This document shows positions 27,131 to 36,767 of a stretch of DNA of 64,000 bases, one piece after another (position 1 is the first letter of the stretch; the number at the start of each line of letters is the position of its first letter). Location of the stretch: positions 512,001-576,000 of the forward strand of contig CAVOYH010000004.1 in the NCBI GenBank assembly GCA_963700635.1. Reading direction: 5' to 3'. A model generated the notes under the pieces. That model ran no database searches, had not been told where the DNA came from, and was given only the letters and a program-made list of their open reading frames with translations. Source of the DNA: an uncultured Bacteroidota bacterium (GTDB lineage: Bacteria; Bacteroidota; Ignavibacteria; UBA10030; UBA6906). A program made the position numbers and the translations under genes.

Positions 27131-29401
27131 CTATCCATCCCGTGGTGGGGCGGGAGGCTTCCGCTTCACCTGGCTCGGGACAATGCCGAACTGGTCATGA
27201 AAGCACTTGGTAAAATACGCGGGGCTGCCGAATCCGACAGTGTAGGTGATCTCGGAAACCGTGCCCGCTTCGCGTTCCAGCAGCTCCTTCGCCCGGTGGA
27301 GGCGCATGAACCGTATCAATTGATTCGGGGACAAATCGGTGAGCGCGGTGAGTTTCCGGTGGAGCTGGCTGTAACTCATCGCACTATCCCGTGCCAGGTC
27401 TCGACGGTGTATGTTTCGTCTCCGATGGACCGTTCGATCGATGCCATGACCCTTTTCAGGAACTTCTCATCCATGGGAGTGATCGCGACTTCGGAAGGCT
27501 TCAGAAGTGTAGTACGCGCAAAACGTTCGCGCATGCGTTTGCGACCCTCGACGAGATTATGAATCCGGGCCTCCAGTTCCTTCCACTCGAAGGGCTTGGT
27601 GATGTAATCATCCGCACCGGTCTCGAGCCCGGCGATCTTTGTGTCCTGAGCGGCCATGGCTGTCAGGAAGAGAACCGGGATGTGGCTTGTGCGCTCATCG
27701 TCCTTAAGGCTCCTGCAAAGCTGGATTCCATCCATGATCTCCATGCCGATGTCACTGATCACAATGTCGGGCAGAATGTCGCGGGCAATGGAGAGTCCGA
27801 TCTCTCCATCGGAGGCTTCGAAGATCTTGTACGATCGTTTCATGTGGTCACAGAGGTAGCGCCGCATGTCAGGATCGTCTTCAACGATCAGCATCAGGGG
27901 GAGACCGGGTGTCGTCGGTTGTCCTGATCCGGGAGGGCTTCCGGGTCCGGCTATCTCGCCATAGTACTCCGGTCTGGATAGCCCGGCATCCGGGGCTGGC
28001 AACTGTTCCTCCAGGATCTCCTCTGGCTCAAAGCAACTCGGGTCGATCGGAAAATGTACCGTGAAATGAAGATCCCCTGTTTTCCTCGCTTGTGGCAGTG
28101 ATCGTTCCGTGATGAAGCTCGACGAGGCCTTTGGTAAGGGCCAGCCCGAGTCCGGACCCGGTCTGCTGGTCGGCCTCCTCAACCTGGTAGTACCGGTCGA
28201 AGAGGTGAGCGAGCTTTTCGGCGGGGATGCCTCGCCCGCTGTCAACGACGGCGAGCGAAACCCATTGCGTTGAAGCAGGCTCCGTGGTACTCCGGGCAAG
28301 TTCAACGTGTATCGATCCGTTGGCTGGAGTGAATTTGAACGCGTTCGAGAGGAGATTGTAGAGCACGGTCTCTACCTTCTCCCGGTCGAACATCCCGTGG
28401 CATTGCGGATGCTCCGGAGTTGAAAAGGAGAGAGATACGCTTCGGTTCAGCCAGCGGACCAAAGGATTCCACGATCGAGCGAACCAGCGGAACGAGGTCC
28501 CCCTCTGCGACGCGGAGCTTCATGACCTTTTCGCTTCGAGCCGGGAGAGGTCGAGAAGGTCAGTAATAAGACGGAGCAGGCGGTGTGCATTCCGCCGGAT
28601 GAGCCGGTAGTCAGCATTTGCGTCGCGGTCATGGGCGCCCGATATCAGCTGTTCGATGGGTCCGAGAATCAGGGTGAGCGGGGTTCGGAATTCGTGTGAA
28701 ATATCCGCGAAGAACCGTGATTTGAGCTCATCCAGCTTCACGCCATTTTTCTGTTTCCAATCGTGCAAGGGCGAGTTCTTCTTTCTTTCGGTTCGTTTCT
28801 TCCAGAAGCTGGGCATTGACGATGAGTTGTCCCGCCTGCGCGCTCAGAATCATCAGGAGGCGCTGATCATCGGTGTGAACGAGTGTTCGCCTTTCTTGTT
28901 CGTCATCATGAACACCCCGATGAGACGGCCCTGGTTGATGACCGGCACACAGAGCACCGACCGGATGTCCGACCGTTCCTGTCAGTCGGTCTCGAAGCGG
29001 CTGTCGGCAGCCAGATCATCAATGAGCAGGGACTCCCGGTTGTACACCACGGAGCCCGTGATATGTGCTCCCACGTGATAGCTGGGACGGAGCGAACTCC
29101 GGTCGTCCTGGCGGATGTAGGTCTTCAGGGATGCGTTGGCCTCGTCCGTGACAAGAAGAATCGAACCCTGTTCGGCGTTCACCACTTTGAGCGACATGTC
29201 AATGATCATTCCCAGCAGACCTTCGATCGAGCCAGCACCGCTGGCCTTCATGGCGATCGCGTTGAGGAGCTTGAGCTCCTCGACTGCAGCCCGGAGTCGT
29301 TGGACCTCATCGGCGGTGTTTTGCCCGGTGTGTGGGTGCGGTGATTTCACGTCTGATATGCCGGCCAATGTGGTGTTCGCACAGAGGGTTCTCGTGAGCA
29401 T
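27131..29401 (-). pseudogene. GAF-HisKA-HATPase-REC-AraC hybrid two-component regulator with multiple frameshifts (likely consensus errors)
   Basis: Fragments in order: GAF (IRSVLCVPVINQGRLIGV), FFADISHEFRTPLTLI, NLLSNAFKFT/DSGRG/GSGLGL, LIVEDD...PDIVISDI...DDYITKPF, AraC HTH VGFGSPAYFTKCF. At least 7 disruptions near 27400, 28065, 28397, 28528, 28739, 28873 and 28985. Confidence 0.85.
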
Positions 29402-29442
29402 TCTGTCTGCATGGGCAGTGCCGGTGCGCTTGAAGGCAACAA

Positions 29443-31809
29443 TCAGGGGTGTCCGGTCAGTCCAATTCTTGTCATCAAGGCCCTGAAGCGCGGATCGTCT
29501 CGCAGATTGTCCATGATCGGGTCGACATTACAAAAGATCAGGTTTGTGGAGCGTTCCTGGTATGCTTTCTGGAGCCACCGGAACGTATCGTTGTACCTCT
29601 TCAGTCGGGCGCAGACCGATGCGATATGGAATGACGAGACGTATCGGGTGCGCGTGAGTTCTTCAAGCTGGCGGAGTTGCTCGGTCCAGTACCCCTGCCA
29701 TCCTGATGACCTGTACGCGGACCGGAGACGTGCTGCCGGGTTTGCGGGCCCGCCACCGATTGTTGCGAAGCTGCCTCCCGAGACGTTCGCAACGAGCAGG
29801 TATTCCTCTAACGCTTCCTCATGTTTTCCCTGCCTCTCGAATATCTCACCGAGGCCTGAATGTGCGGGAGCACAGAGTGGATCCAGTTCAAGTGCCTTCC
29901 GGAATTCTGCAATCGCCTGGTCATACCTCCGAGCGTGGATGTGAATCCATCCGGAAGAGGCAACAATGATGACGGATAACGGATCAAGCTCCTCTGCACG
30001 GCGTATTTCGCTGATCGCGGAATCGTGCCGGCCAAGCGCTGAAAAGAGCAGGGCGTACCAGTGATGCCCGGTCGCGTAGCTCGGGTTCAGCACGAGCGCA
30101 TGTTTCAGTTCCCGTTCTGCTCCGGACCAATCCCAGTCGTATATCAGGCGTGTGGCTGCCATTGAAACGTAGCCTTCCGCCATCTGCGGGTCAAGCTCAA
30201 GCGCTTTCTGTGCCGCGGGTCTCCAATAGGGTTTAATCGAATCGAACGGAACCATGCCATTGTACCAGAGAGTCGCGTAGACGTCGGCGATTCCAGCATG
30301 GGCTGGTGCATACGAAGGGTCCTTGTTCACGGCCGTGCGAAAGTAAGAGAGGCTCTTCTGAAATCCCTCCGGAGTCCACTTGTTCCAGTAGAACCGTCCA
30401 TACAGGCATGCTTGATACGCTTCCGCATCCACGGGCGACCCACCTGCCAGTCGGGCCTGTTCCTCGGGAGTCAGGACAACCTTAATCTGGCTCGCGACTG
30501 CTTGCGCCACTTTGCCCTGCAGGACATTAATATCTTCAATCTCTTCCTTGTAGTTCTCTCCCCAGATTTGTTGCTCCGGATTGGCAATGATGAGGTTGAC
30601 CGATACACGCACCGTCTGTCCCGACAGCTGGGTGGAGCCATCGATGAGAGCATCAACGTTCAGGTCGTGCGCGATATCTGAAAGCCGTTTGTCGGAATTT
30701 TTGAATCGCATCGCTGATCGGGATGAACGCACAACGAGTGTCCTGATCTTGGAGAGCTCTGTACTCAGGGTTTCCGTCATCCCTTCGGCGAATACCGTAT
30801 CTTCGAGCTGCGCAGACGTGTTCCGGAAGGGGAGAACGGCGATGGAACGGACGGTTTGACTTCCGGAATGTTGTCCGGTTATCAGAAGCACGGCGATGGC
30901 GACGCTGCAGAGCGCCGCACCGATGCCGGCAATCATGAGCCATCTCTTCCGGTTCCGGGGAGACATGCGACGGGGGGGTGTCGGAGACGCCGAAGGGCTG
31001 AGTGCACATGACTCCATATCCCGTATCAACTCATCGATCCGTTGATACCTCTGTGCGGTGTCTTTGGAGAGCGCCCGCGTGACAACTGCTGCGAGAGCCT
31101 CCGGGACGTCTGGCCGGAGATTTTGTATCGGTTCCGGTTCTGTTTCGAGAATGGCATAAAGAATTGCCGGATCATACTCGCCCATGAACGGTTGTCGTCC
31201 CGAGAGCATCTCGTAGAGCACCGTCCCCAGCGCCCAGATATCAGATCGCTGGTCAACTGTCTTGCCACGAAGCTGTTCTGGCGACATGTAGGCCGGTGTA
31301 CCCATCGTACTTCCCGCCCTGGTCAGCTTGGTGAGTCCGGCGAGCTTCGCCAGCCCGAAATCCACAATTTTTGCCACACCGTCAGAGGCGATTAATATGT
31401 TTGCCGGCTTGATGTCGCGGTGGATGATGCCATGATAGTGGGCCCTGGAGAGGCCCCGGGCAATCTGAGTGGCGTAGTTGACTGCGTCTTCGGTCGTTAG
31501 CGGACCACCTTCTATCTTCTTCTTGAGAGTCTCGCCCTGAAGATACTCCATGCTGATGAACATCTGGCCGTCATCGGCCTCGTCAATGTCGTACACAACG
31601 CAGATGTTGTTGTGTTGGAGTGTTGAGGCGGCTTTGGCTTCACGGATAAAACGTTGTTTGGCTTCGGGATCGCGGGTCAGATCGGGGGGAAGGAACTTCA
31701 GGGCGACGGGGCGGTCGAGCTTCTGGTCCAGGGCTTTATAGACAATGCCCATGCCTCCACCGCCGAGGTGCTCGAGGATTTCGTAGTGAGAGACTGTTTT
31801 GCCGATCAT
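29443..31809 (-). CDS. Ser/Thr protein kinase with TolB-like N domain and TPR repeats
   Basis: MIGKTVSHYEILEHLGGGGMG, VALK, HRDIKPAN, DFG, GTPAYMSPEQ; TM; SIAVLPF; TPRs; DPRFRALM. Confidence 0.93.
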   Translation of the reverse strand: MIGKTVSHYEILEHLGGGGMGIVYKALDQKLDRPVALKFLPPDLTRDPEAKQRFIREAKAASTLQHNNICVVYDIDEADDGQMFISMEYLQGETLKKKIEGGPLTTEDAVNYATQIARGLSRAHYHGIIHRDIKPANILIASDGVAKIVDFGLAKLAGLTKLTRAGSTMGTPAYMSPEQLRGKTVDQRSDIWALGTVLYEMLSGRQPFMGEYDPAILYAILETEPEPIQNLRPDVPEALAAVVTRALSKDTAQRYQRIDELIRDMESCALSPSASPTPPRRMSPRNRKRWLMIAGIGAALCSVAIAVLLITGQHSGSQTVRSIAVLPFRNTSAQLEDTVFAEGMTETLSTELSKIRTLVVRSSRSAMRFKNSDKRLSDIAHDLNVDALIDGSTQLSGQTVRVSVNLIIANPEQQIWGENYKEEIEDINVLQGKVAQAVASQIKVVLTPEEQARLAGGSPVDAEAYQACLYGRFYWNKWTPEGFQKSLSYFRTAVNKDPSYAPAHAGIADVYATLWYNGMVPFDSIKPYWRPAAQKALELDPQMAEGYVSMAATRLIYDWDWSGAERELKHALVLNPSYATGHHWYALLFSALGRHDSAISEIRRAEELDPLSVIIVASSGWIHIHARRYDQAIAEFRKALELDPLCAPAHSGLGEIFERQGKHEEALEEYLLVANVSGGSFATIGGGPANPAARLRSAYRSSGWQGYWTEQLRQLEELTRTRYVSSFHIASVCARLKRYNDTFRWLQKAYQERSTNLIFCNVDPIMDNLRDDPRFRALMTRIGLTGHP

Positions 31810-31995
31810 GGGCAGCCTGCCCGGGCGAGTGAGTGCGCGACGGTGAGTGGTGTAACCGGTACGGCGTAATGTACAGGGCGTAGAGGAGAAAATCAAACGG
31901 GCAACAGAAGGATCGGGGTCACCGATCCCTCGTTGCACCGGAATACGTATTTCCTACCTCCGGGATGGAGGATGTGAAGAGGCGGAAATGGAAGA

Positions 31996-32945
31996 CTACG
32001 CCAGCGGAATGCGGCTGACGTTACTCTTGAGCCAGCTTTCAAATGTCTGCAATGCCGGATTTAATTCCCGGGAGACCTCGATGCTGCGCGCACCGCAGTA
32101 GTCCTGCTCAAAGTCGCGCTTGAACTGGAACATATTCCCCATCTCCTCGGCTCCCGGAAAACCAAAACCGCGGTACACGTCAGGTGGAACGTCGTTGTAG
32201 CGTACCTCCCGTCCAAGCGCTCTGGTCAGAGCGGCGGCCATCTGTGCGCCGGTCAGGTGTTCCCCGGCAATCCCGACTGTCTTCCCGACAAATTCGCGAC
32301 CCTTCTTGAAAATCCCGTACGCGCACCGGCCGATGTCTTCGGATGAGATCCCGGGGAGTTTTTTGTCACCCATGGGGAACGTGATGCCCAGCTTGCCGTC
32401 CGGACCTTTCTGCGGACCGGCCCCGAAGTAGATAAGGTTTTCCCAGTAAAATGATGTAAGCAAAAACGTCGTCGGGACGCCGAGGTCTCTGAAGACATGA
32501 TCTGCTTCGCTTTTTCCATCAAAGTGAGCCACTTTGTATTTGCCCATGAGTGTCGGCATCCGGTTGTCGGTCAGGGGCACCCACTTGCGCGTATCCTCGA
32601 AGGTTGACCAGATGGCGTGCTGCACACCGGCCGCCCTCGCTGCCCGTGCCATGGCCGTCGCATTGGCGATCTCCGTCTCCGGTGAAAAATGGCCCAGAAA
32701 AAGGTGACGCAAAAAACTCCGTGCGCGCCCTTGAATGCCCGCTCCAGACTCGCTTCGTCATTGACATCAGCTGCGACGACGTCGGCGCCCAGCTTCGCCA
32801 GGGCCTTGGCTTTATCAGAATTGATGTCTCGTGTCAGTGCCCGTACTGTGAAAGCGCTGTGAGGGTCGCTCATGATGGCGCGGACCAGACCGCCTCCCTG
32901 GGCGCCGGTGGCACCGACTACCGCAATGATCTTCTTCTCTGCCAT
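31996..32945 (-). CDS. NmrA/HSCARG family NAD(P)-binding protein with one frameshift near 32692
   Basis: VVGATGAQGG; joins as TFFWA/HFSPETE with one extra C; HFDGK, FYWEN. Confidence 0.88.
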
Positions 32946-33102
32946 GGTCTTTTCCTCTCGTAGGTGGACATGATTGTGTACTTCGTGTCAACTAACCATT
33001 CAAACCCTTTTTGCCCTGTGATGGTTCCCTGAGGATGTCACGGTTCACGCGGAGAGAGAGTGTTGACCAGAGTCCGATTGACTCTGCAGGCGGGATCCGT
33101 AT

Positions 33103-33131
33103 TTGACCTTAGGTGGGGGAGGTGCTATATT
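33103..33131 (+). promoter_or_regulatory. sigma70-like promoter with extended -10
   Basis: TTGACC-N17-TATATT, with TG one base upstream of the -10. Confidence 0.55.
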
Positions 33132-33185
33132 GCTCCATAGTGTAAACAGAAAGCCGTGTCACACACTTCCAGGGGGTGCCTCCAG

Positions 33186-34769
33186 ATGTTCACGCGCCGT
33201 TCTTTCCTCCAATCTCTGGCCGCAAGCAGTGCGACACTCGCGCTTGTGCCACGGGAGATCCTGGCCGGTACATGGAAAACCACCGCCGACTATTTCGGCG
33301 TGCACCCCTTCATCGAGGCAAATCCAACGGCAGTGTTCATTATGCGTACCGCTGTGGACGCCAAGACCAACTCCGCAGCGGTCAAGCAGGCAGGCCTGAC
33401 GTTTGGATCGTCTGTGTTTGTCGGAGGCACGACCGGGGGAGTTCCGATCTCGCACCGGGTAGTCATTAAACCGAACATTGTCATGATGCCCAATACCGAT
33501 GTCGATAATATGGGCATCGTTACCGACGCGCACTTCGTCGAGGGGGTTATTGAAAGTCTGAAACTGCTCGGCCTGCAGTCAAACCAATTCTACCTTCGTG
33601 AAGTGAATGATCCCGGCCAATTTGCCAATAGTGGATATGCGCAGATGGCGGAGCGCACAGGTGCAGATCTCCGCAAACTCGATGACCCGATTGGCGTCAT
33701 CGCCGAATCGGATCTCCAGTGGGTCGATGTTCCGGGGGGACGCTGGTTCACAAGAATCCCGTTCCTCTGGCCGGTGAACGCTCCCGACACCTGGCTTCTG
33801 AATATCGCCAAGCTAAAGACTCATCTTATGGGAATGACCCTGTGTGCCAAGAACATTCAGGGCGCCATTGCTACGCCGTATGTGCAGCATTGTATCCGGT
33901 ACAATGACAACATGAACATGGCCCCCGAGCACATCCAGGCTGGAGCGAAGGCGCGCATCCTGGAGGACTATACACGCCACCGTGGTGAAGGGGTACCACG
34001 CTGGGACCGACCTGGGGAAGAGGGTGGAATATGGCAGGAAACCTGGGCAGCACGGTGCATGGATAACAATTCGGTCACACACGCGGGGCTCAATATTATT
34101 GAGGCGGTCTACGGGCGTGAAGGACCGTTCACGTACGGTCCCTCCCCGGAGGGGAAGGGGATCGACCATCTCTCAAACATGATCATTTTTGGGAAGAATC
34201 CATTTCATGTCGATACGGTGGGCTACTGGCTTGCAGGTCACGAGCCGGGAAACCTCGGTGTTCTGCATATCGCGCGGGAGCAGGGATTGTCGACCATCCT
34301 CAACCCAGCATCTATTCCTGTGTTTGAATGGAAAGCTGATGGATCCGCCGTGCCCACACCTCTGAACAGTTTTGACCGGTATCCATTACGCACCCAGTAT
34401 CTCCGGAGAGACTACAACGGCCAGCTGGAGGATGAATGGCATCTGCTCAACGAGCCGTACGTGTACGGGACCACGTACGCAGATGGGTTAACGGCCACGA
34501 CGCCGAAGTCTTTTCTGCTCCGCCAGAACTTCCCCAATCCATTCAACCCCTCCACCTCCATTCAGTTTGAGTTACCCCGCCCGGGACATGTCCGGCTTGA
34601 GGTGACAGATATTCGCGGCCTGGTTGTGGATCTCCTGCTGGACGAGTTCAGGGCAGCCGGGTCACACCTGGTTCGATGGGACGCAAGGCGTAACGCCTCC
34701 GGTGTGTACTTCTGCCGCGCGATGTATGGCGGATCAAGTCTGGTAAAGAGCATGATGCTGGTCCGTTGA
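33186..34769 (+). CDS. DUF362-domain protein with Tat signal and T9SS C-terminal domain
   Basis: MFTRRSFLQS; VVIKPN, NIAKLKTH, TLCAKNIQG, GREG; QNFPNPFNP...SGVYF...KSMMLVR. Confidence 0.85.
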   Translation: MFTRRSFLQSLAASSATLALVPREILAGTWKTTADYFGVHPFIEANPTAVFIMRTAVDAKTNSAAVKQAGLTFGSSVFVGGTTGGVPISHRVVIKPNIVMMPNTDVDNMGIVTDAHFVEGVIESLKLLGLQSNQFYLREVNDPGQFANSGYAQMAERTGADLRKLDDPIGVIAESDLQWVDVPGGRWFTRIPFLWPVNAPDTWLLNIAKLKTHLMGMTLCAKNIQGAIATPYVQHCIRYNDNMNMAPEHIQAGAKARILEDYTRHRGEGVPRWDRPGEEGGIWQETWAARCMDNNSVTHAGLNIIEAVYGREGPFTYGPSPEGKGIDHLSNMIIFGKNPFHVDTVGYWLAGHEPGNLGVLHIAREQGLSTILNPASIPVFEWKADGSAVPTPLNSFDRYPLRTQYLRRDYNGQLEDEWHLLNEPYVYGTTYADGLTATTPKSFLLRQNFPNPFNPSTSIQFELPRPGHVRLEVTDIRGLVVDLLLDEFRAAGSHLVRWDARRNASGVYFCRAMYGGSSLVKSMMLVR

Positions 34770-34915
34770 TCGCAGCTCTTGCACCAGAGGTCCCGGCAAC
34801 ATATATTGTACAGCGTTTCTGTCTCCTGTTCTTACCACACGTCAGGGTCTCCCCGGGAATCCGGGAAGGCGATTCGTCCGTAAATGTTGTTGAGTACAAA
34901 ACGGAGCTTTACCGC

Positions 34916-36079
34916 ATGACCACGCATCGCTGGACTGAAGATTTCCTGAACCGGCTCCGGAGAGAATCCGATCCCCACGCCGATGAGGCCCTCCGCCGTA
35001 TCGTCGCGGACCAGGAGGCGAACGCGATCCGCGCCGTGTTCAGCCGGATGAACTCGAATGATGACATTCCCATCGGAAGCACCTTTCCCGTCCTTGCAGA
35101 CTTCTTCCAGACGACCGGCAATCTTCCTCCGGACGTTGACCCTGACCGGATCCGGCGAGGCGAGGAGGTCTTTCGTCGCCATGTGTTTGCGGGTGCTCTG
35201 GTGCTGCTCACGAAAAGCCTCCCCGAAGGGTACCAGGCCCCCAATCTTTCCATAATCCTGAACATATCAGGACAACTCAGAACCCACACGTACAAACGGT
35301 TGCTCGCAACCCTTCAAACGGTTGTAAACGTGTCAACCGGCGGGGGATTCCAGCGGGACGGACGTGCCATCATAACGGCGCAGAAACTCCGGCTTCTTCA
35401 TGCCGGCATCCGCCACCTTACGCGAAAATACCGTCCTGACTACGAATCAACCTACGGGATCCCTGTCTGCCAGGAAGATATGCTCGGTACGATTATGGGA
35501 TTCTCGTTGCTTGTTCTTGAGGGCTGGCGCACACTCGGGGCGGGGTTGAGCCGGGAGGAAGAAGAAGACTATCTGTATCTCTGGCTGGTGTTCGCCCGTA
35601 TGATGGGAGTGCACCCTGCCGGAGAACACAACAGTCGGGCGTACATCCCCGATAACGTCGACGATGCCGCGGTCTTTTACCGTGCGTATCAGCGCCGCCA
35701 CTACGTGCAATCACTGCACAATCCCGATGGAGTGGATCTGGCGAAAGCCAACCTTGCGATGTTGAAGGGTCAGATTCCGCTCCTCTTTCGTTTATTCGGT
35801 TTCGGGATCCTTCCGAGACTTTGTATGCAGGAACTCTTGGGAAGCGAAGCGTGTGCCCGGCTTGACATGACGCAGGTGAGGGGGCATGCGCTGCTCAAGT
35901 GGATATTGACCCATATCCATGCGCTTGTGAGTCCCGAAGCGCGTGCGCTGAGTCGGATTGAGGAACGGTTCGGATTGATTATTTTCCAGGACATGATCAA
36001 CGTCGCATATGACGGCGAGGTGACGTTCACCGTTCCGGAAAACTTGCGGCAGCTCAAGACCATGACCTACGACACGTGA
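34916..36079 (+). CDS. Lcp/MpaB-like (DUF2236) heme-dependent oxygenase
   Basis: LRRESDPHADE, SLPEGY, KRLLAT (RxxxT), KLRLLHAGIR (heme His), GIPVCQEDMLGT. Confidence 0.87.
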   Translation: MTTHRWTEDFLNRLRRESDPHADEALRRIVADQEANAIRAVFSRMNSNDDIPIGSTFPVLADFFQTTGNLPPDVDPDRIRRGEEVFRRHVFAGALVLLTKSLPEGYQAPNLSIILNISGQLRTHTYKRLLATLQTVVNVSTGGGFQRDGRAIITAQKLRLLHAGIRHLTRKYRPDYESTYGIPVCQEDMLGTIMGFSLLVLEGWRTLGAGLSREEEEDYLYLWLVFARMMGVHPAGEHNSRAYIPDNVDDAAVFYRAYQRRHYVQSLHNPDGVDLAKANLAMLKGQIPLLFRLFGFGILPRLCMQELLGSEACARLDMTQVRGHALLKWILTHIHALVSPEARALSRIEERFGLIIFQDMINVAYDGEVTFTVPENLRQLKTMTYDT

Positions 36080-36086
36080 GGGACTC

Positions 36087-36767
36087 ATGCTCGGCAACCT
36101 CGTAAATCTTTCCAGTTACACCCCGCTTGAACTCATTCTCTTCGGGGTCGGGTGTTATATGTGGGTTGTTGTGTATGCGATCTATATCAAAGAAATCCGG
36201 GAGCGGAAATGTATCGGCATGCCGGTGTTTGCCGCGTGCAGTAATTTTGGCTGGGAGATCGTCTGGGGAGTTATTCCGCCGTCCACGGACATGGGACCTC
36301 TCCTTGTCTGGGCCTACCGTGCATGGTTCTTTCTGGACCTCTACATCATGTACGGGGTCTACCGCTACGGCTCGGATCAGATCACGGTACCGGCGATAAA
36401 AAAAGCATTCAAACCGCTTGTCCTGGTCACGGTTGCCGGGTGGACAATCGTGTACTACCTGTTCAAGTCGGGAGGATACGACACGCCGATCGGCGCCACT
36501 TCCGCGTACATTGCCCAGATGTTCATCTCCGTCCTGTACCTTGTGCTCCTGCTTCGTCACCAGAAACTGGTCTGGCAGTCGTTGAGTATTTCCTGGCTCC
36601 GGATGATCGGCACAGGGTTGAACACCATATTCCTGTTTCTCCACTATCCGCATCTGCACTTTCTCCTCTCTCTGGGAGTAATGGCGCTGATCATCGACAA
36701 TGTCTATCTCTACCTCTTCCTCAAAGGCCGAAAAGGAAACGTGGGTGAGCCTGCTCCACTCAGGTGA
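36087..36767 (+). CDS. PaxB/Pyr4-type integral membrane terpene cyclase-like protein
   Basis: About 7 TM, 226 aa; WVVVY...GMPVFAACSNFGWE motif, QSLSISWLRMIGT, C-terminal acidic IIDNVY. Confidence 0.75.
   Translation: MLGNLVNLSSYTPLELILFGVGCYMWVVVYAIYIKEIRERKCIGMPVFAACSNFGWEIVWGVIPPSTDMGPLLVWAYRAWFFLDLYIMYGVYRYGSDQITVPAIKKAFKPLVLVTVAGWTIVYYLFKSGGYDTPIGATSAYIAQMFISVLYLVLLLRHQKLVWQSLSISWLRMIGTGLNTIFLFLHYPHLHFLLSLGVMALIIDNVYLYLFLKGRKGNVGEPAPLR

Noticed and set aside
28982-28984. In-frame TGA in the GAF domain as selenocysteine or readthrough
   Set aside because: Not a Cys-type catalytic position, explained by compensating +1/-1 indels (ACGACTGAA), and surrounded by many other indels
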